Below, piece by piece: positions 33,157-43,830 of a stretch of DNA of 58,074 nucleotides. Under the pieces are notes generated by a model. It was not told the DNA's origin, ran no database searches, and was given only the letters and a program-made list of their open reading frames with translations. The stretch lies in IMG/VR virus record IMGVR_UViG_2974575442_000001, one strand, 5' to 3'. A program made the translations under genes and the position numbers. Origin of the DNA: Streptomyces virus Karimac (Duplodnaviria; Heunggongvirae; Uroviricota; Caudoviricetes). Each line of letters opens with the position of its first letter. Within the stretch, counting starts at the first letter, position 1.

Positions 33157-33507
33157 TTGGCAACAAGCGTATACACCACAGAGGAGATCCTTCTCCAGGA
33201 TGGTGAAGAAGTAACTCTTAAGCCTCTGAACATTAAGAACCTTCGCAAGTTCATGAAGAAGTGGAAGGAACTTGGAGAGGTTAAGGAAGAGGACGACGTA
33301 GTAGACTTCATCATTGATGCTGCAAAGATTTGCCTGTCAAGTCTTTACCCAGATTATGAAGATGATGAGAAGTATGAGGAAGCTGTGGACATTCCAACTG
33401 TTCACAAGATTATCGAAATTTGCGCAGGAATCAAGCTGAATGACCCGGAACTGGAAGCCGCAGCGAAGGCGGCGATGATGACGGCGACGGCGGCTGGGAC
33501 AAACTAG
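33157..33507 (+). CDS. Tail assembly chaperone
   Basis: Between the major tail and tape measure genes; AGGAGG SD with TTG start. Confidence 0.85.
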   Translation: MATSVYTTEEILLQDGEEVTLKPLNIKNLRKFMKKWKELGEVKEEDDVVDFIIDAAKICLSSLYPDYEDDEKYEEAVDIPTVHKIIEICAGIKLNDPELEAAAKAAMMTATAAGTN

Positions 33508-33809
33508 ACCTAGCTAAGCTTGAAGCCGAGCTATTCTTGCTCGGTATTTGGAAGAACTTCGAAGAAATGGAAGAGAATCTAACACTGGCCGAACTTCAAT
33601 CACTTCTGGAATCTAAAAGAGATCAGGATTACCAGAAGAACAAGTTCGCAGCGGCCCTAAAGGGAATCGATCTCGAAGACCCTACTGATAGTACGGCTAC
33701 CACGTTTGAAGATATCAAGCGTCGTGCAGAAGCCAAGAATCAGGGGGTCTCTCCAGAGACCCTTGAATTTGCCGAAATCGGCATTGGAATTCTGGAAGAA
33801 GGTGACTGA
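33444..33809 (+). CDS. Tail assembly chaperone extension (-1 frame, probably a frameshift product)
   Basis: The -1 frame is open from 33444, overlaps the chaperone 3' end and has no good start or SD of its own. Confidence 0.7.
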   Translation, partial: PGTGSRSEGGDDDGDGGWDKLDLAKLEAELFLLGIWKNFEEMEENLTLAELQSLLESKRDQDYQKNKFAAALKGIDLEDPTDSTATTFEDIKRRAEAKNQGVSPETLEFAEIGIGILEEGD

Positions 33810-33811
33810 CA

Positions 33812-36800
33812 ATAGAGAACATTAACATCCGCTTTACTGGTACTGCGGACTTTAGACAGGCCACAACTCAGGTTGAGGCACTTAACGCTCAGCTTGCTGC
33901 TATGCAGGCTCAGCTATCTAGAGCTGCCGTTCCAGCGATTGCGGCTGGATTTAGAAATAACGTTCGTGGTCTTGGCAACATGTCTGTTGAGACAATGCGC
34001 GTTACCTCCGCATCTGAAATGTACACTAAGGCATTGCAGAAGCAGGATGTTACTCTTCGTCAGTCACTAAGAAATCGTCAGACTTTTAATCAGGTTCTCC
34101 GTGAGCAGTATGCATTGAGCAGAGCTGCCGCTGTACAGTGGACAACAAATTCACGCGGCGGGAGCACTCTCGATCTTATCGTGCCTAGGGACGCTCCAGC
34201 GCGCCTAGGTAATTTCAGACAAACACTGGCGCAGGTGCGTGCCGGTACTGTTTCTATGAATGTTGCATTGGGCGAGATGGCCATTAAGATGGGCCTCGTA
34301 AGTCAGGTTGCCAACTCCGCAGCAGCGAACATGATCAAGTGGGGTAAGAACACTCAGTGGGCTGGTCGTCAGCTAATGGTTGGTTTGACTATGCCTGTTC
34401 TTGCGGCCGGTGCTGCAATGGGTAAGCTTGCATATGACGTAGAATCTCAGATGACTCGTATCAATAAGGTATACGACTTCTCTGTTACCAAGGATCAGAA
34501 TGCAGCAAAGAATGCACAGGAAACTTCAACCCTAAGAGCCAATTCTATGAGGGCTGCTAAGACTGCTGCCGAGCAGTATGGTGCATCAATGAAGGACACC
34601 CTAAGCGTAGAGGCAAACCTAGCGGCGACTGGTGAAAAGGGTAATGAGCTAATCGGTAAGACCACCGAAGTCATGCGTCTTGCAACTCTTGGTGAAATGG
34701 ATTACCAGAAGGCCCTAGACACAACCATTACCTTGCAGTCTGTTTATGGACAGAATACAAGCCAGCTTGCTGAATCCTTCAACTACATGAACGCGGTGGA
34801 GAATGCAACTTCTCTATCTATCGAAGACTTCTCTAAGGCTATTCCAAAGGTAGCCGCACCTATGAAGACTCTTGGTGGTGACCTACAGGACGTAGGTACA
34901 TTGCTTGTTGCTATGCGTGCACGTGGTATTAACGCGGTCGAAGGTGCTAACGCAATTAAGGCGTCATTCACACGAGTCCTAAAGCCTACAAAGCAGGCTA
35001 AGGATATGTTCGAGCTGCTTACCAAGCAGTCACTAACAGAGCTAACTGACAAGACAAACGGTGAAGTAATCCCGACCTTCGTGGCTCTAAATAAGGCGAC
35101 TGAAAATCTAAGGGGTAAGAATCGTCAGGCCCTCTTTGCAGCCCTATTCGGAACCCAGCAGACCACCCGACTACAGGCCATTGTTGAAGAAATGGGTAAT
35201 CTTGAGGACGAAACAACTCAGGTCGGTAAGGCTTACAAGATTGCTGGACAGGAACAGCAGCAGTGGGCAGATAGCGCAAGCCGAGAGATGGAGGCGCTAC
35301 AGAAGTCTGCGTCTGGACGACTAAAGATCGCAATTGAATCTCTAAAGGTTCAGCTAGCAGAAGCCGGTAAGCCATTCCTTGAGGTTGCTGGCTACATTGT
35401 CGGCGCTGTAACAAAGATCGTAAAGGCATTCAATGATCTTCCTGGACCTGTAAAGACCTTCGCTTCAATTGCAGTTATCACTGGCGCTATCGCTGGTCCA
35501 ATCATTATGCTTGCCGGTCTATTCGGTAACCTTCTTGGTCAGGCTCTAAAGCTCGGTGCCGGAATGCTTGGCCTTGTATTCAGATTCAGAGCCCTTCTAC
35601 CAGAACAGGTTGCAGCACGTCTTGCCTCTATGCAGGCCGGTCAGGCAGCCCAAACTCAAGCTGGTCAAATTGCATCTCTAACCGCAGTCATCAATGAACT
35701 TACAATGGCTCTTACAAGGGCCACAGGTGCTCAGGTTGGATTGAACAATGCACAGGCCAGAGGTGGACTAGGTGTACGTTCTGGAGTTGTTTCTGGAGCA
35801 CCTATTCCAACAACAACACCAACTCCTACTCCTGCCGCCCCTGCGGTTCAGGGTCCAATTGTTGCGACTGGTGCAGGATACCGTGACGCAACTGGTAGAA
35901 CTCTTACTCAGGCTGAGGTTAGAAACTGGCAGGCAGCTCAGGCTTCCGCAGCAAGCATTAATCAGAATGCAGCTAGAACTAGAAGATCATGGCAGCAGAT
36001 GGGAAGCAGCTTCCAGAATGTAGCTATTGCAGCAGGATTCATGGGAGTTATGGCTTCTGATGCTGACAGTATGATGTACACAGTTTCTCAGATTGCAATT
36101 GGCGCGGCGCTAATTGGTCCAATGCTTCTAGGTCCAGTAATGAAGTTCGGTTCAGCCGTTAAGACTGCCGTCCTTCCTGCTCTATCCTCAATTGGTTCAG
36201 CAGCCGGTTCAATGTTTGGTGGAATTGCTTCTCGTGGAGCAACTGCATTCAGATCAATTGGTGCCTCAATGGCAGGTCCGATTGCAGCAATGGGTGGTAT
36301 GTCTGCGATCATGGGAACAATGCTGGCAGCAGCTCTTGCCATCGGTGCAGCGTGGTACATCATTAACAAGAACATTGCAGCTTCCCGAAAGGAACAGGAG
36401 AACGTTGCGAAGTCTGCTGACGCATGGGCAAAGACTCTAGGATTCACTTACACCGAGCAGCAGAAGATTGTTGCCACAAATTCAGAGAATCTAAAGTCAA
36501 TGAACGACCGAATGAACGAATTCAAGAAGAACAGCAAGGACGCATACAACGACATGCAGAAGTATTACGATGCGTCAAAGGCTGAGAAGTGGGCTCGTGC
36601 TATTGAAGAGGGAACAAAGGTTCGTCTTCACGGTGGAACAGTAAGCGCGGCGCAGGAAGCCACCCGAGTAGCCCTTGCAATTATGGGTGAGAAGTTCTCC
36701 AATGCGCAGTTCCAGTCTGAGCTAAAGGTTAAGATTGACTTCGAGGATGTAGAGGACGTTGTAAAGAAGCGTCTAAAGGATGCCGCAACCGACTTCTCTG

Positions 36801-39800
36801 ATGCTGCTAATCTAAAGTTTGATCAGGGTGGATCTGAAAGCTTCGCTCGATTCTTCGCCAATCCTTCTACTATTCAGCAGAAGGCCGGTGAGCAGGTAAG
36901 GCAGAATGCTAAGGATCTATGGGACATCTACGACAACACCCAGGACTCCGAAAAGAAGAAGGTCTTCGACAAGATCAATGAGACGGTAAACAGTGAATCA
37001 CTAAGCCTGTTCAAGAAGTACAAGGAGAAGTATTCCAAGGACTTCAAGAAGATGGGAATCGAGACATTCGCTGACTGGACTGAATACCTACAGAAGAACG
37101 CAAAGGATGGAATTGCGGACTACGAGATGGGTAAGCTCGGTATGTCCGAAGCAGAGATCCACCGTACACAGCGTGCCCTTGATGCAATGAAGGGATTCAA
37201 CAAGGAATTCGCAGACATGCAGGGTATTCCGAAGGGCAAGGCAACCGATCAGTTCGGTGACCTTGCTAAGTACATGCCTGAATTGCAGAAGATGGAAAAG
37301 CAGCTTTGGTCCGTAAAGCAGGCTGAGGACGGATACTACTCTTCTCTACGTGAGCGTAGCAGGGCTGGTGTTGAAACAAGCGATGCTGAAAAGCTAAACA
37401 TCATGAATATGTACCGTCGTATGGCGGGACTTGAAGATGCCACAAAGCTAGAGGATGGATTCAAGAAGTCTCTCGACAAGTCAACAGTCTCCCTTGCTGA
37501 AAACATGGATGCATGGGAAGCCAACTCTGACAACGTTGATCAGTTCGTCAGTGCTTACAAGGACACCTTCGCGAACACTCAGGATGAGATGCTAGGGCGT
37601 GCTGAGGAATTGATGAATCAGCAGATGGAAGCTGAGATCGACGGCATTAACAACAATGCAGACAGGCGTTCCAAGGCCCTTGACGCAGCACAGGAGAGAG
37701 CAGACGACAGATTCGACGCACGTCAGGAAAGAACTGAAAAGCGTTTCGAAGCCAAGCAGGAAGCTCTTGACAAGAAGTACGAGAAGAAGCAGAAGGCGTT
37801 TGACAATAGGTGGGAGTCCATCATGGATAACCACGACAAGAAGTGGGACAAGCGCACTGATCAGACCAACAAGTATTATGACGCTCGAATCAAGAAGATT
37901 CAGGATGCAATTAAGGCAGAGGAAGATGCCGAGGCAACGCGTCAGAAGATCTTTGAGGCCGAGAAGACTCGTATTCAGCGCGCTGCCGAAATGGCCAACA
38001 TGGGAATTGACTTCAATGTCGCAATTAACTCAGGTAACCTAGATGAGGCTGCAAAGATTGGTAACAACATGCAGGCTAATCTCGATTCTTGGGCAACCGA
38101 GGATGCCGCAGCAGCCAGCCAGTCTGCATCTGATAAGAAGGTTGAGGGACTTAACAAGCAGGTCACCTCACTTGAAGCTGAGAGAGATCGTCGTCTCAAG
38201 GTTATTCAGCAGATGGAAGAGGCTGAAAAGAAGCAGCTAGAAAAGCGTAAGGAGCGTGAGCAGGAAGCTCTAAACGCTCAGCGTGAAGCTGCCAACAAGT
38301 CTTTGCAGATTGCTCGTGAGCGTGCCAATAAGCAGATCCAGATTGAGCGTGAGGCATACAACAAGATGATTCAGGCTCAGCGCGAGGCTCTACAGAAGGA
38401 AACTCAGGACAAGATCAAGGCCGTCCAGAGAAAGTTCGAAAAGGCTAAGTGGGGAATCGAGCAGGAACTCGCTACTCTAAAGGCATTTGTTCCACGTAAC
38501 AAGAAGGAGCTTGACGCTCATATCAAGAAGGTTGAAGAAGCATACAAGAAGTATGGTGTCAACCTAAAGGGTAAGGGTGACGACTGGAGCAAGTACATCA
38601 AGGAAAGCCTAAACAAGAACATTAAGACTGCCGCATCCAATCTAAAGAACACAATTGCGTGGGACAAGATTGGTAAGGCTGTTGCGAACGAAATCACCGA
38701 GGGTGCATTCGGTCTGACAATTGGTCAGTTCTCAACTTGGGTATCTAAGGGAACGCTTCCAAAGTCTGGAATCAATGAGAAGTCTGGAAAGAACAAGGCT
38801 CTAGATTCTCACCACGAGGGTGGACTTATTGGAGGAAAGGCCGGTGGATCTGGTAGAACTGGTTACTCAGGTAGTCGTGCCCATTCCGAGGTAGATATTC
38901 GTGCCAAGAAGGGCGAGTTCATGATGAAGAACAAGGCTGTACAGAAGTACGGTACTGACTTCATGGAGAATCTAAACAATGGAAACCTAGAGCCTGGAAT
39001 TGGTGGATACGGAGACAGCATGGGTATCGCCGGTGTTCTCGGTGCTGGTATGGCCGGAATGATGCAGGCTATCATTCAGGAAGGTATTCAGCAGGGTGCT
39101 CAGCAGGCCATGATGATGGGCCTTGATGGAAATGCAATTGCAGGCGCGGCGGGAATGTACGGTGGTATTGGTCTAAGCGCAGAGCAGATGAAGAATGCAG
39201 CAACCATCATTGGTGTAGGTAAGGGAATGGGCGCAAACCAGAATGACCTTATCGTTTCCATCATGACCGCTATGCAGGAGTCCACTCTACGTAACCTAAA
39301 CTATGGTGACCGCGACTCTCTTGGTCTATTCCAGCAGCGTCCAAGCCAGGGATGGGGAACAAAGGAGCAGATTCTAAATCCTTCTTATGCAGCCCGTAAG
39401 TTCTTCGAGCACCTTCTTGCAATGAAGGGAAGAGGAAAGCTCAGCCTAACTCAGCAGGCTCAGGCAGTTCAGCGTTCTGGATTCCCTGGTGCATATGCTA
39501 AGTGGGAGCAGATGGCTCGTCAGGTTGTTGCGGCAACTACATTCCAGGCTCTTACTGGCAATGGCGGATTCCGTCGTCCAGTAAATGGTCCGGTATCTAG
39601 AACGTACGCAAACCACAGCAACCTTCCAAGAGCTACTGACTTCGGTGTTGGTGTCGGAACTCCAGTTATGTCTGCAATGAATGGTATTGTTCAGACTTCT
39701 GCCGACCTAAGAGGAAATGGGAATGGTGGATACCGTTCATATGGTAGATACATTGTTGTTGCCAACGGAATGGATAGAACACTTTATGCTCACCTTTCCA

Positions 39801-40201
39801 GCAGAAGCGCTAAGGTTGGACAGAGTGTTCGTGCGGGACAGCTACTTGGTTACTCTGGTAACACAGGTAATTCAACTGGTCCTCACCTTCACTTCGAGAC
39901 ATGGCGTAATGGACAGACTGTTCCACCAGGCACCTTTGGAATTCCTGGTCTTGCAGTTGGTGGAAAGATCAAGTATGACAATACCATTGCTAACCTTCAC
40001 AAGAATGAGGCGGTTCTAACGGCTCCACTAACCTCTAAGCTAGAGAATGGAATCGACAGAATTGACTCTGGAGGCGGTAACACTTACAATTTCAATATCA
40101 ATGCTGAGGCAATCAATACTGAGATTGACTTTGAAAAGGTTGTTACCAAGGTTCTTAACAAGGTTGAGAGCAACAGAGGAAGGAGCAGAGTAGTCAAGTG
40201 A
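33812..40201 (+). CDS. Tape measure protein with C-terminal lysozyme-like and M23 peptidase domains
   Basis: About 2130 codons with a TP901-type region; TAMQESTLRNL...GLFQQRPSQGWG; LYAHLS...GNTGNSTGPHLHFE. The frame is open from 33806 and the likely start is ATA 33812. Confidence 0.93.
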   Translation: MENINIRFTGTADFRQATTQVEALNAQLAAMQAQLSRAAVPAIAAGFRNNVRGLGNMSVETMRVTSASEMYTKALQKQDVTLRQSLRNRQTFNQVLREQYALSRAAAVQWTTNSRGGSTLDLIVPRDAPARLGNFRQTLAQVRAGTVSMNVALGEMAIKMGLVSQVANSAAANMIKWGKNTQWAGRQLMVGLTMPVLAAGAAMGKLAYDVESQMTRINKVYDFSVTKDQNAAKNAQETSTLRANSMRAAKTAAEQYGASMKDTLSVEANLAATGEKGNELIGKTTEVMRLATLGEMDYQKALDTTITLQSVYGQNTSQLAESFNYMNAVENATSLSIEDFSKAIPKVAAPMKTLGGDLQDVGTLLVAMRARGINAVEGANAIKASFTRVLKPTKQAKDMFELLTKQSLTELTDKTNGEVIPTFVALNKATENLRGKNRQALFAALFGTQQTTRLQAIVEEMGNLEDETTQVGKAYKIAGQEQQQWADSASREMEALQKSASGRLKIAIESLKVQLAEAGKPFLEVAGYIVGAVTKIVKAFNDLPGPVKTFASIAVITGAIAGPIIMLAGLFGNLLGQALKLGAGMLGLVFRFRALLPEQVAARLASMQAGQAAQTQAGQIASLTAVINELTMALTRATGAQVGLNNAQARGGLGVRSGVVSGAPIPTTTPTPTPAAPAVQGPIVATGAGYRDATGRTLTQAEVRNWQAAQASAASINQNAARTRRSWQQMGSSFQNVAIAAGFMGVMASDADSMMYTVSQIAIGAALIGPMLLGPVMKFGSAVKTAVLPALSSIGSAAGSMFGGIASRGATAFRSIGASMAGPIAAMGGMSAIMGTMLAAALAIGAAWYIINKNIAASRKEQENVAKSADAWAKTLGFTYTEQQKIVATNSENLKSMNDRMNEFKKNSKDAYNDMQKYYDASKAEKWARAIEEGTKVRLHGGTVSAAQEATRVALAIMGEKFSNAQFQSELKVKIDFEDVEDVVKKRLKDAATDFSDAANLKFDQGGSESFARFFANPSTIQQKAGEQVRQNAKDLWDIYDNTQDSEKKKVFDKINETVNSESLSLFKKYKEKYSKDFKKMGIETFADWTEYLQKNAKDGIADYEMGKLGMSEAEIHRTQRALDAMKGFNKEFADMQGIPKGKATDQFGDLAKYMPELQKMEKQLWSVKQAEDGYYSSLRERSRAGVETSDAEKLNIMNMYRRMAGLEDATKLEDGFKKSLDKSTVSLAENMDAWEANSDNVDQFVSAYKDTFANTQDEMLGRAEELMNQQMEAEIDGINNNADRRSKALDAAQERADDRFDARQERTEKRFEAKQEALDKKYEKKQKAFDNRWESIMDNHDKKWDKRTDQTNKYYDARIKKIQDAIKAEEDAEATRQKIFEAEKTRIQRAAEMANMGIDFNVAINSGNLDEAAKIGNNMQANLDSWATEDAAAASQSASDKKVEGLNKQVTSLEAERDRRLKVIQQMEEAEKKQLEKRKEREQEALNAQREAANKSLQIARERANKQIQIEREAYNKMIQAQREALQKETQDKIKAVQRKFEKAKWGIEQELATLKAFVPRNKKELDAHIKKVEEAYKKYGVNLKGKGDDWSKYIKESLNKNIKTAASNLKNTIAWDKIGKAVANEITEGAFGLTIGQFSTWVSKGTLPKSGINEKSGKNKALDSHHEGGLIGGKAGGSGRTGYSGSRAHSEVDIRAKKGEFMMKNKAVQKYGTDFMENLNNGNLEPGIGGYGDSMGIAGVLGAGMAGMMQAIIQEGIQQGAQQAMMMGLDGNAIAGAAGMYGGIGLSAEQMKNAATIIGVGKGMGANQNDLIVSIMTAMQESTLRNLNYGDRDSLGLFQQRPSQGWGTKEQILNPSYAARKFFEHLLAMKGRGKLSLTQQAQAVQRSGFPGAYAKWEQMARQVVAATTFQALTGNGGFRRPVNGPVSRTYANHSNLPRATDFGVGVGTPVMSAMNGIVQTSADLRGNGNGGYRSYGRYIVVANGMDRTLYAHLSSRSAKVGQSVRAGQLLGYSGNTGNSTGPHLHFETWRNGQTVPPGTFGIPGLAVGGKIKYDNTIANLHKNEAVLTAPLTSKLENGIDRIDSGGGNTYNFNINAEAINTEIDFEKVVTKVLNKVESNRGRSRVVK

Positions 40202-40593
40202 TTCTACCAAAGCCAAGACTGATGCGGTGGGCCAACAATGCCGTCACGGACCATAACCGTGGAGAGCTGTCAGTTGACGTTGAACGAATTGAAAAGAAGC
40301 AGCGCATGGTGGACGGCACGATGCGAAAGTACATTGTTGCCGACAAGCGTACTTTCAATGTGTCATGGCAGAACCTTCCACACTCCGCAGCCTTTACAGT
40401 TGATGGCTTCTGGGGAGCCAATGAAATTAAGAATTTCTATAACACAAATCCAGGGGCCTTCAATCTTGAATTGAGCTACGGAGATGGAACGGTGGAGACA
40501 TATTCCGTAATGTTCTCAGACTTTAACAGCAGTCTTGTGAAGCGCGGAGCCTATGACATGTGGGAAGTATCAGTAAGTATGGAGCAAGTATAA
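40198..40593 (+). CDS. Minor tail protein (Dit-like position)
   Basis: Directly after the tape measure gene; GTGA coupling. Confidence 0.7.
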   Translation: MILPKPRLMRWANNAVTDHNRGELSVDVERIEKKQRMVDGTMRKYIVADKRTFNVSWQNLPHSAAFTVDGFWGANEIKNFYNTNPGAFNLELSYGDGTVETYSVMFSDFNSSLVKRGAYDMWEVSVSMEQV

Positions 40594-40596
40594 AAT

Positions 40597-43500
40597 ATGC
40601 AAACAACGACATTCTATGTAAACAAGCTACTAAAGGAGGGGCTTGCCGTAACGGCCAAGCCTCTACTTATTGCTGAGTGGAATCACAACAGATATGCCGG
40701 AATCCAGACCATTGACAATACCCCTGCCGAATACGATGAGGGCAATGATACTGAATACTACCCAATTGAATCAATCGTTGATCCACTTCGTCCTTCAAAG
40801 AAGGGCATTGCAAAGGCACGCGCTGGTGTTGAGGGAACTGTAACTGAATATACAGACAGACCAGCCAACACCAGATTCTACGTAGCAGACTATGATGATG
40901 TTTACAAGTATTGGTCAAGCCCGGTGGCAAGTAGCCTTATCAGTGGCCTTAATGGATTTACAAAGACAGTTCAGCCATATGTAATCTACAAGACTTCATC
41001 TTGGACTAATAAGCTGTACTTCCTCTTTGAGACCTCCGCAGGATGCTGGCCGGTGGATTACGATATTCAAATCACAACCAATGGAACCACTTGGACTACG
41101 GTGGCCAGTGATATTATCGCCAATTCAGACGGACAGGTGACAATCTATCGACAGGCCAATGGAACCTGGAGCACGACTGTGTACCGAGACAACCCAATTC
41201 AAATCAAGGGCGTTCGTCTCATGGTCAACACTGTTTCTGTTTTGAAGAAGTATCTTGAGGTCATCGAGATGTCTGCCAGACTAGAAGTTGATCTGACTCC
41301 AACTCTTATGAGTTCAGATTACAATTTCACGATGTCTGACACGAGCTTCCTGACCCCACTTGGAAATGCATCTTCAAACACGGCTTCTGTAGAGCTTTCA
41401 AATATTGATGGGCGATACAACAACACTAATCCAGATTCAATGTTTTATGGCCTGATCGACAAGAATGTAAAGATGACATACAGCCTTGGAATTGATCAGA
41501 CACCAGCCGGTGGAAGTGGTTTCAGCTACATCAGACAATTCACCATGTTTGTTGACGGATGGAACGGACAGGGAGAAGAAACCTGCACAGTATCCCTAAA
41601 GGATGCTTCCAAATTTATGCAGGAGATCAAGCCTCCAAAGATGTTCTTCGAGCAGATGACTCTTGGACGAATTGTATGGCAGCTCTGCGATGTCATTGGA
41701 TTCACCGATTACAACTACGAAAAGATCGATGATGACAAGGCGACGCTTGTTCCATATTTCTGGACTGATGGAGAAAAGAGCCTGTGGGAAATCTTCTCCA
41801 GCCTTGCAGTGACAACTCAGAGTGCAGTCTACTTTGACGAATTCGGAATTCTACAGATTCTCACACGAGATCGAGCATACAACATCGGAAACCCGGTGGC
41901 ATGGCAGCTTGATGGTGTAAAGAATGGAACAAAGCAGCCTGACATCGTAGACCTAACTCAGAACTACGATTACGAGGCAAACAATGTAACTGTTCGATAC
42001 AGCAAGACCAGCATTTCTGATATGGTTCGAAGAGTTCCAAAGATGGATGTTGTATGGCAGCCAGAAGGAGATGTTGTTCTCAGAAGTAGCCAGCTAAGAG
42101 AAAGCATGAACAGCACTCAGAACTTCATTCGTATGACTGGCTCTGAGGCGTCCGTGTGGCCTTATCAGGGAATTGTGGAAATCGAAGGTGAGCTGATGCG
42201 CTACGGAACAAAGGGATATTGGTACTACAACAAGTCCAACGTTCTCACATTCAAGGCGCTCAAGAATGCTGACGAAAAGAAGCAGGTGGACGAGGAGCTT
42301 AGCTCACCAGAACTTGCCTACAAGAACTATTTCTCTGGTTGGTATGGAAGTGTCGAACGAGGTCTATGGAATACATATCCAGCAGCTCACAAGGATGACG
42401 CGTCTGGATATGGAGTAAAGGTCGCCAATTACAAGGGGGACTACAAGACATGGACCGGTGGCTTTGTTCACAATAAGGATCAGTCCACAATCAGCTTGAA
42501 GGCAACAACAAAAACGAATGTCAACACATGCTATGTAGCATCTCGTGGTAGTGAGTCAGACAAGAGTATTTGGTATGTCGGCACAAGACTGAGGTTCCGT
42601 GATTCAGGATACAACAACGGAATGGCAGGAATTGCATTCAATCTGGGAACGAAGGACAAGGGTTACTTCCTTGAGCTTTGCCGAACAGACAGGCTTCCTG
42701 GCGGAAGAAAGTATCAGAATGAATGCAACTTCTACATCAGAAGGACAACTGGAAAGCTGGAAAGATTTGGTCCAGACAAGGGTAAGGGAGTGGCTATGGC
42801 TATTTCCAAGAACGTTTGGTACGACATTGACATTGCTATCCGAATGGAGAACGGTGTTTATGGAGACCCAGGTGCATTTGTTGGTCACGTAATTCAGGTG
42901 AGCATCAATGGTATTCCAACCATGACGTTTACAATTCCGGTGTCCAAGAAGGAGCCTTTGACTGGACGATTTGGAGTCTTTACCCGTGGAAGCACTCACG
43001 CTGACTTTGAATATCTATATGGAAATGGAACAACGGAGGATCTTCACATTGATTCAACTGCGATGTTTGACAGAATTCGTGGTGGAATCGTAAGCAGCCA
43101 GGCTGACTCTGAGTGGGTTTACAAGTGGCACTACACGAGCCACATTGTAAAGAAGAGGAAGAAGTGGCTGTGGGCAAGATATGCTCAGAGATTCTTCGAT
43201 GATTTCGGACCGATTGGTCACGAGGTCAGGGAATTTGATGTTCAGTTTGAGAAGTTCCCAGCAGTTCACTCCAATCTGTATTTCTCCAACACCAGCCAGG
43301 TAATCAATCCTGAATACACGGCTGACCCATTCGGTGCCAAGTTCATTCTTTCAAACGCGTACAGATCAAACGCGGTGCTTAATGGAGAAGATACGCTCAC
43401 CTTTGGTGCCGACAATCCAGTAACACAACAGATGATGATCTATGGTAGAACAGTCAATAAGGAAGAAGAGAAGACGATTGTATCAAAGAATGAAGATGCT

Positions 43501-43794
43501 ATTCGTCGTCGTGGCCTTGTAGAAACTGAGATTCAATCTGACTGGATTCAGACGGAAGCCGCCGCGCAAGCATTGGCTGATTGGGTAACTCATCACTGGG
43601 CAGATGGATGTGATGAAGTCGAAGCGACAATCTTCGGTAATCCACTGCTACAACTCGGAGACATTGTTTCTGTGAATTATCCACAGAAGGACTTCGATCC
43701 AGTAACACACAGGTATTTCATTGTCGGACTTCGCAGAGGATTCAACGGCGGATTCGATGATACAGAGGTAACCCTGCGACGCGTAAAGGCTTAA
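40597..43794 (+). CDS. Minor tail / baseplate hub protein
   Basis: 1065 aa; synteny; C-terminal GNPLLQLGDIVSV is typical of hub proteins. Confidence 0.8.
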   Translation: MQTTTFYVNKLLKEGLAVTAKPLLIAEWNHNRYAGIQTIDNTPAEYDEGNDTEYYPIESIVDPLRPSKKGIAKARAGVEGTVTEYTDRPANTRFYVADYDDVYKYWSSPVASSLISGLNGFTKTVQPYVIYKTSSWTNKLYFLFETSAGCWPVDYDIQITTNGTTWTTVASDIIANSDGQVTIYRQANGTWSTTVYRDNPIQIKGVRLMVNTVSVLKKYLEVIEMSARLEVDLTPTLMSSDYNFTMSDTSFLTPLGNASSNTASVELSNIDGRYNNTNPDSMFYGLIDKNVKMTYSLGIDQTPAGGSGFSYIRQFTMFVDGWNGQGEETCTVSLKDASKFMQEIKPPKMFFEQMTLGRIVWQLCDVIGFTDYNYEKIDDDKATLVPYFWTDGEKSLWEIFSSLAVTTQSAVYFDEFGILQILTRDRAYNIGNPVAWQLDGVKNGTKQPDIVDLTQNYDYEANNVTVRYSKTSISDMVRRVPKMDVVWQPEGDVVLRSSQLRESMNSTQNFIRMTGSEASVWPYQGIVEIEGELMRYGTKGYWYYNKSNVLTFKALKNADEKKQVDEELSSPELAYKNYFSGWYGSVERGLWNTYPAAHKDDASGYGVKVANYKGDYKTWTGGFVHNKDQSTISLKATTKTNVNTCYVASRGSESDKSIWYVGTRLRFRDSGYNNGMAGIAFNLGTKDKGYFLELCRTDRLPGGRKYQNECNFYIRRTTGKLERFGPDKGKGVAMAISKNVWYDIDIAIRMENGVYGDPGAFVGHVIQVSINGIPTMTFTIPVSKKEPLTGRFGVFTRGSTHADFEYLYGNGTTEDLHIDSTAMFDRIRGGIVSSQADSEWVYKWHYTSHIVKKRKKWLWARYAQRFFDDFGPIGHEVREFDVQFEKFPAVHSNLYFSNTSQVINPEYTADPFGAKFILSNAYRSNAVLNGEDTLTFGADNPVTQQMMIYGRTVNKEEEKTIVSKNEDAIRRRGLVETEIQSDWIQTEAAAQALADWVTHHWADGCDEVEATIFGNPLLQLGDIVSVNYPQKDFDPVTHRYFIVGLRRGFNGGFDDTEVTLRRVKA

Positions 43795-43830
43795 TTTTGC
43801 TTTGAGGTAACACTCAGATATAATTGCTTC

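Larger units (their letters stand above)
21613..43824 (+). promoter_or_regulatory. Set of rightward promoters with a TTGCnn -35
   Basis: TTGCTT-17-TAGACT 21613, TTGCGT-16-TATAAT 22661, TTGCTT-17-TATGAT 24460, TTGCAT-17-TACTAT 26814, TTGCTA-17-TATAAT 29654, TCGCAT-17-TACTAT 32336, TTGCTT-16-TATAAT 43797. Confidence 0.7.
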
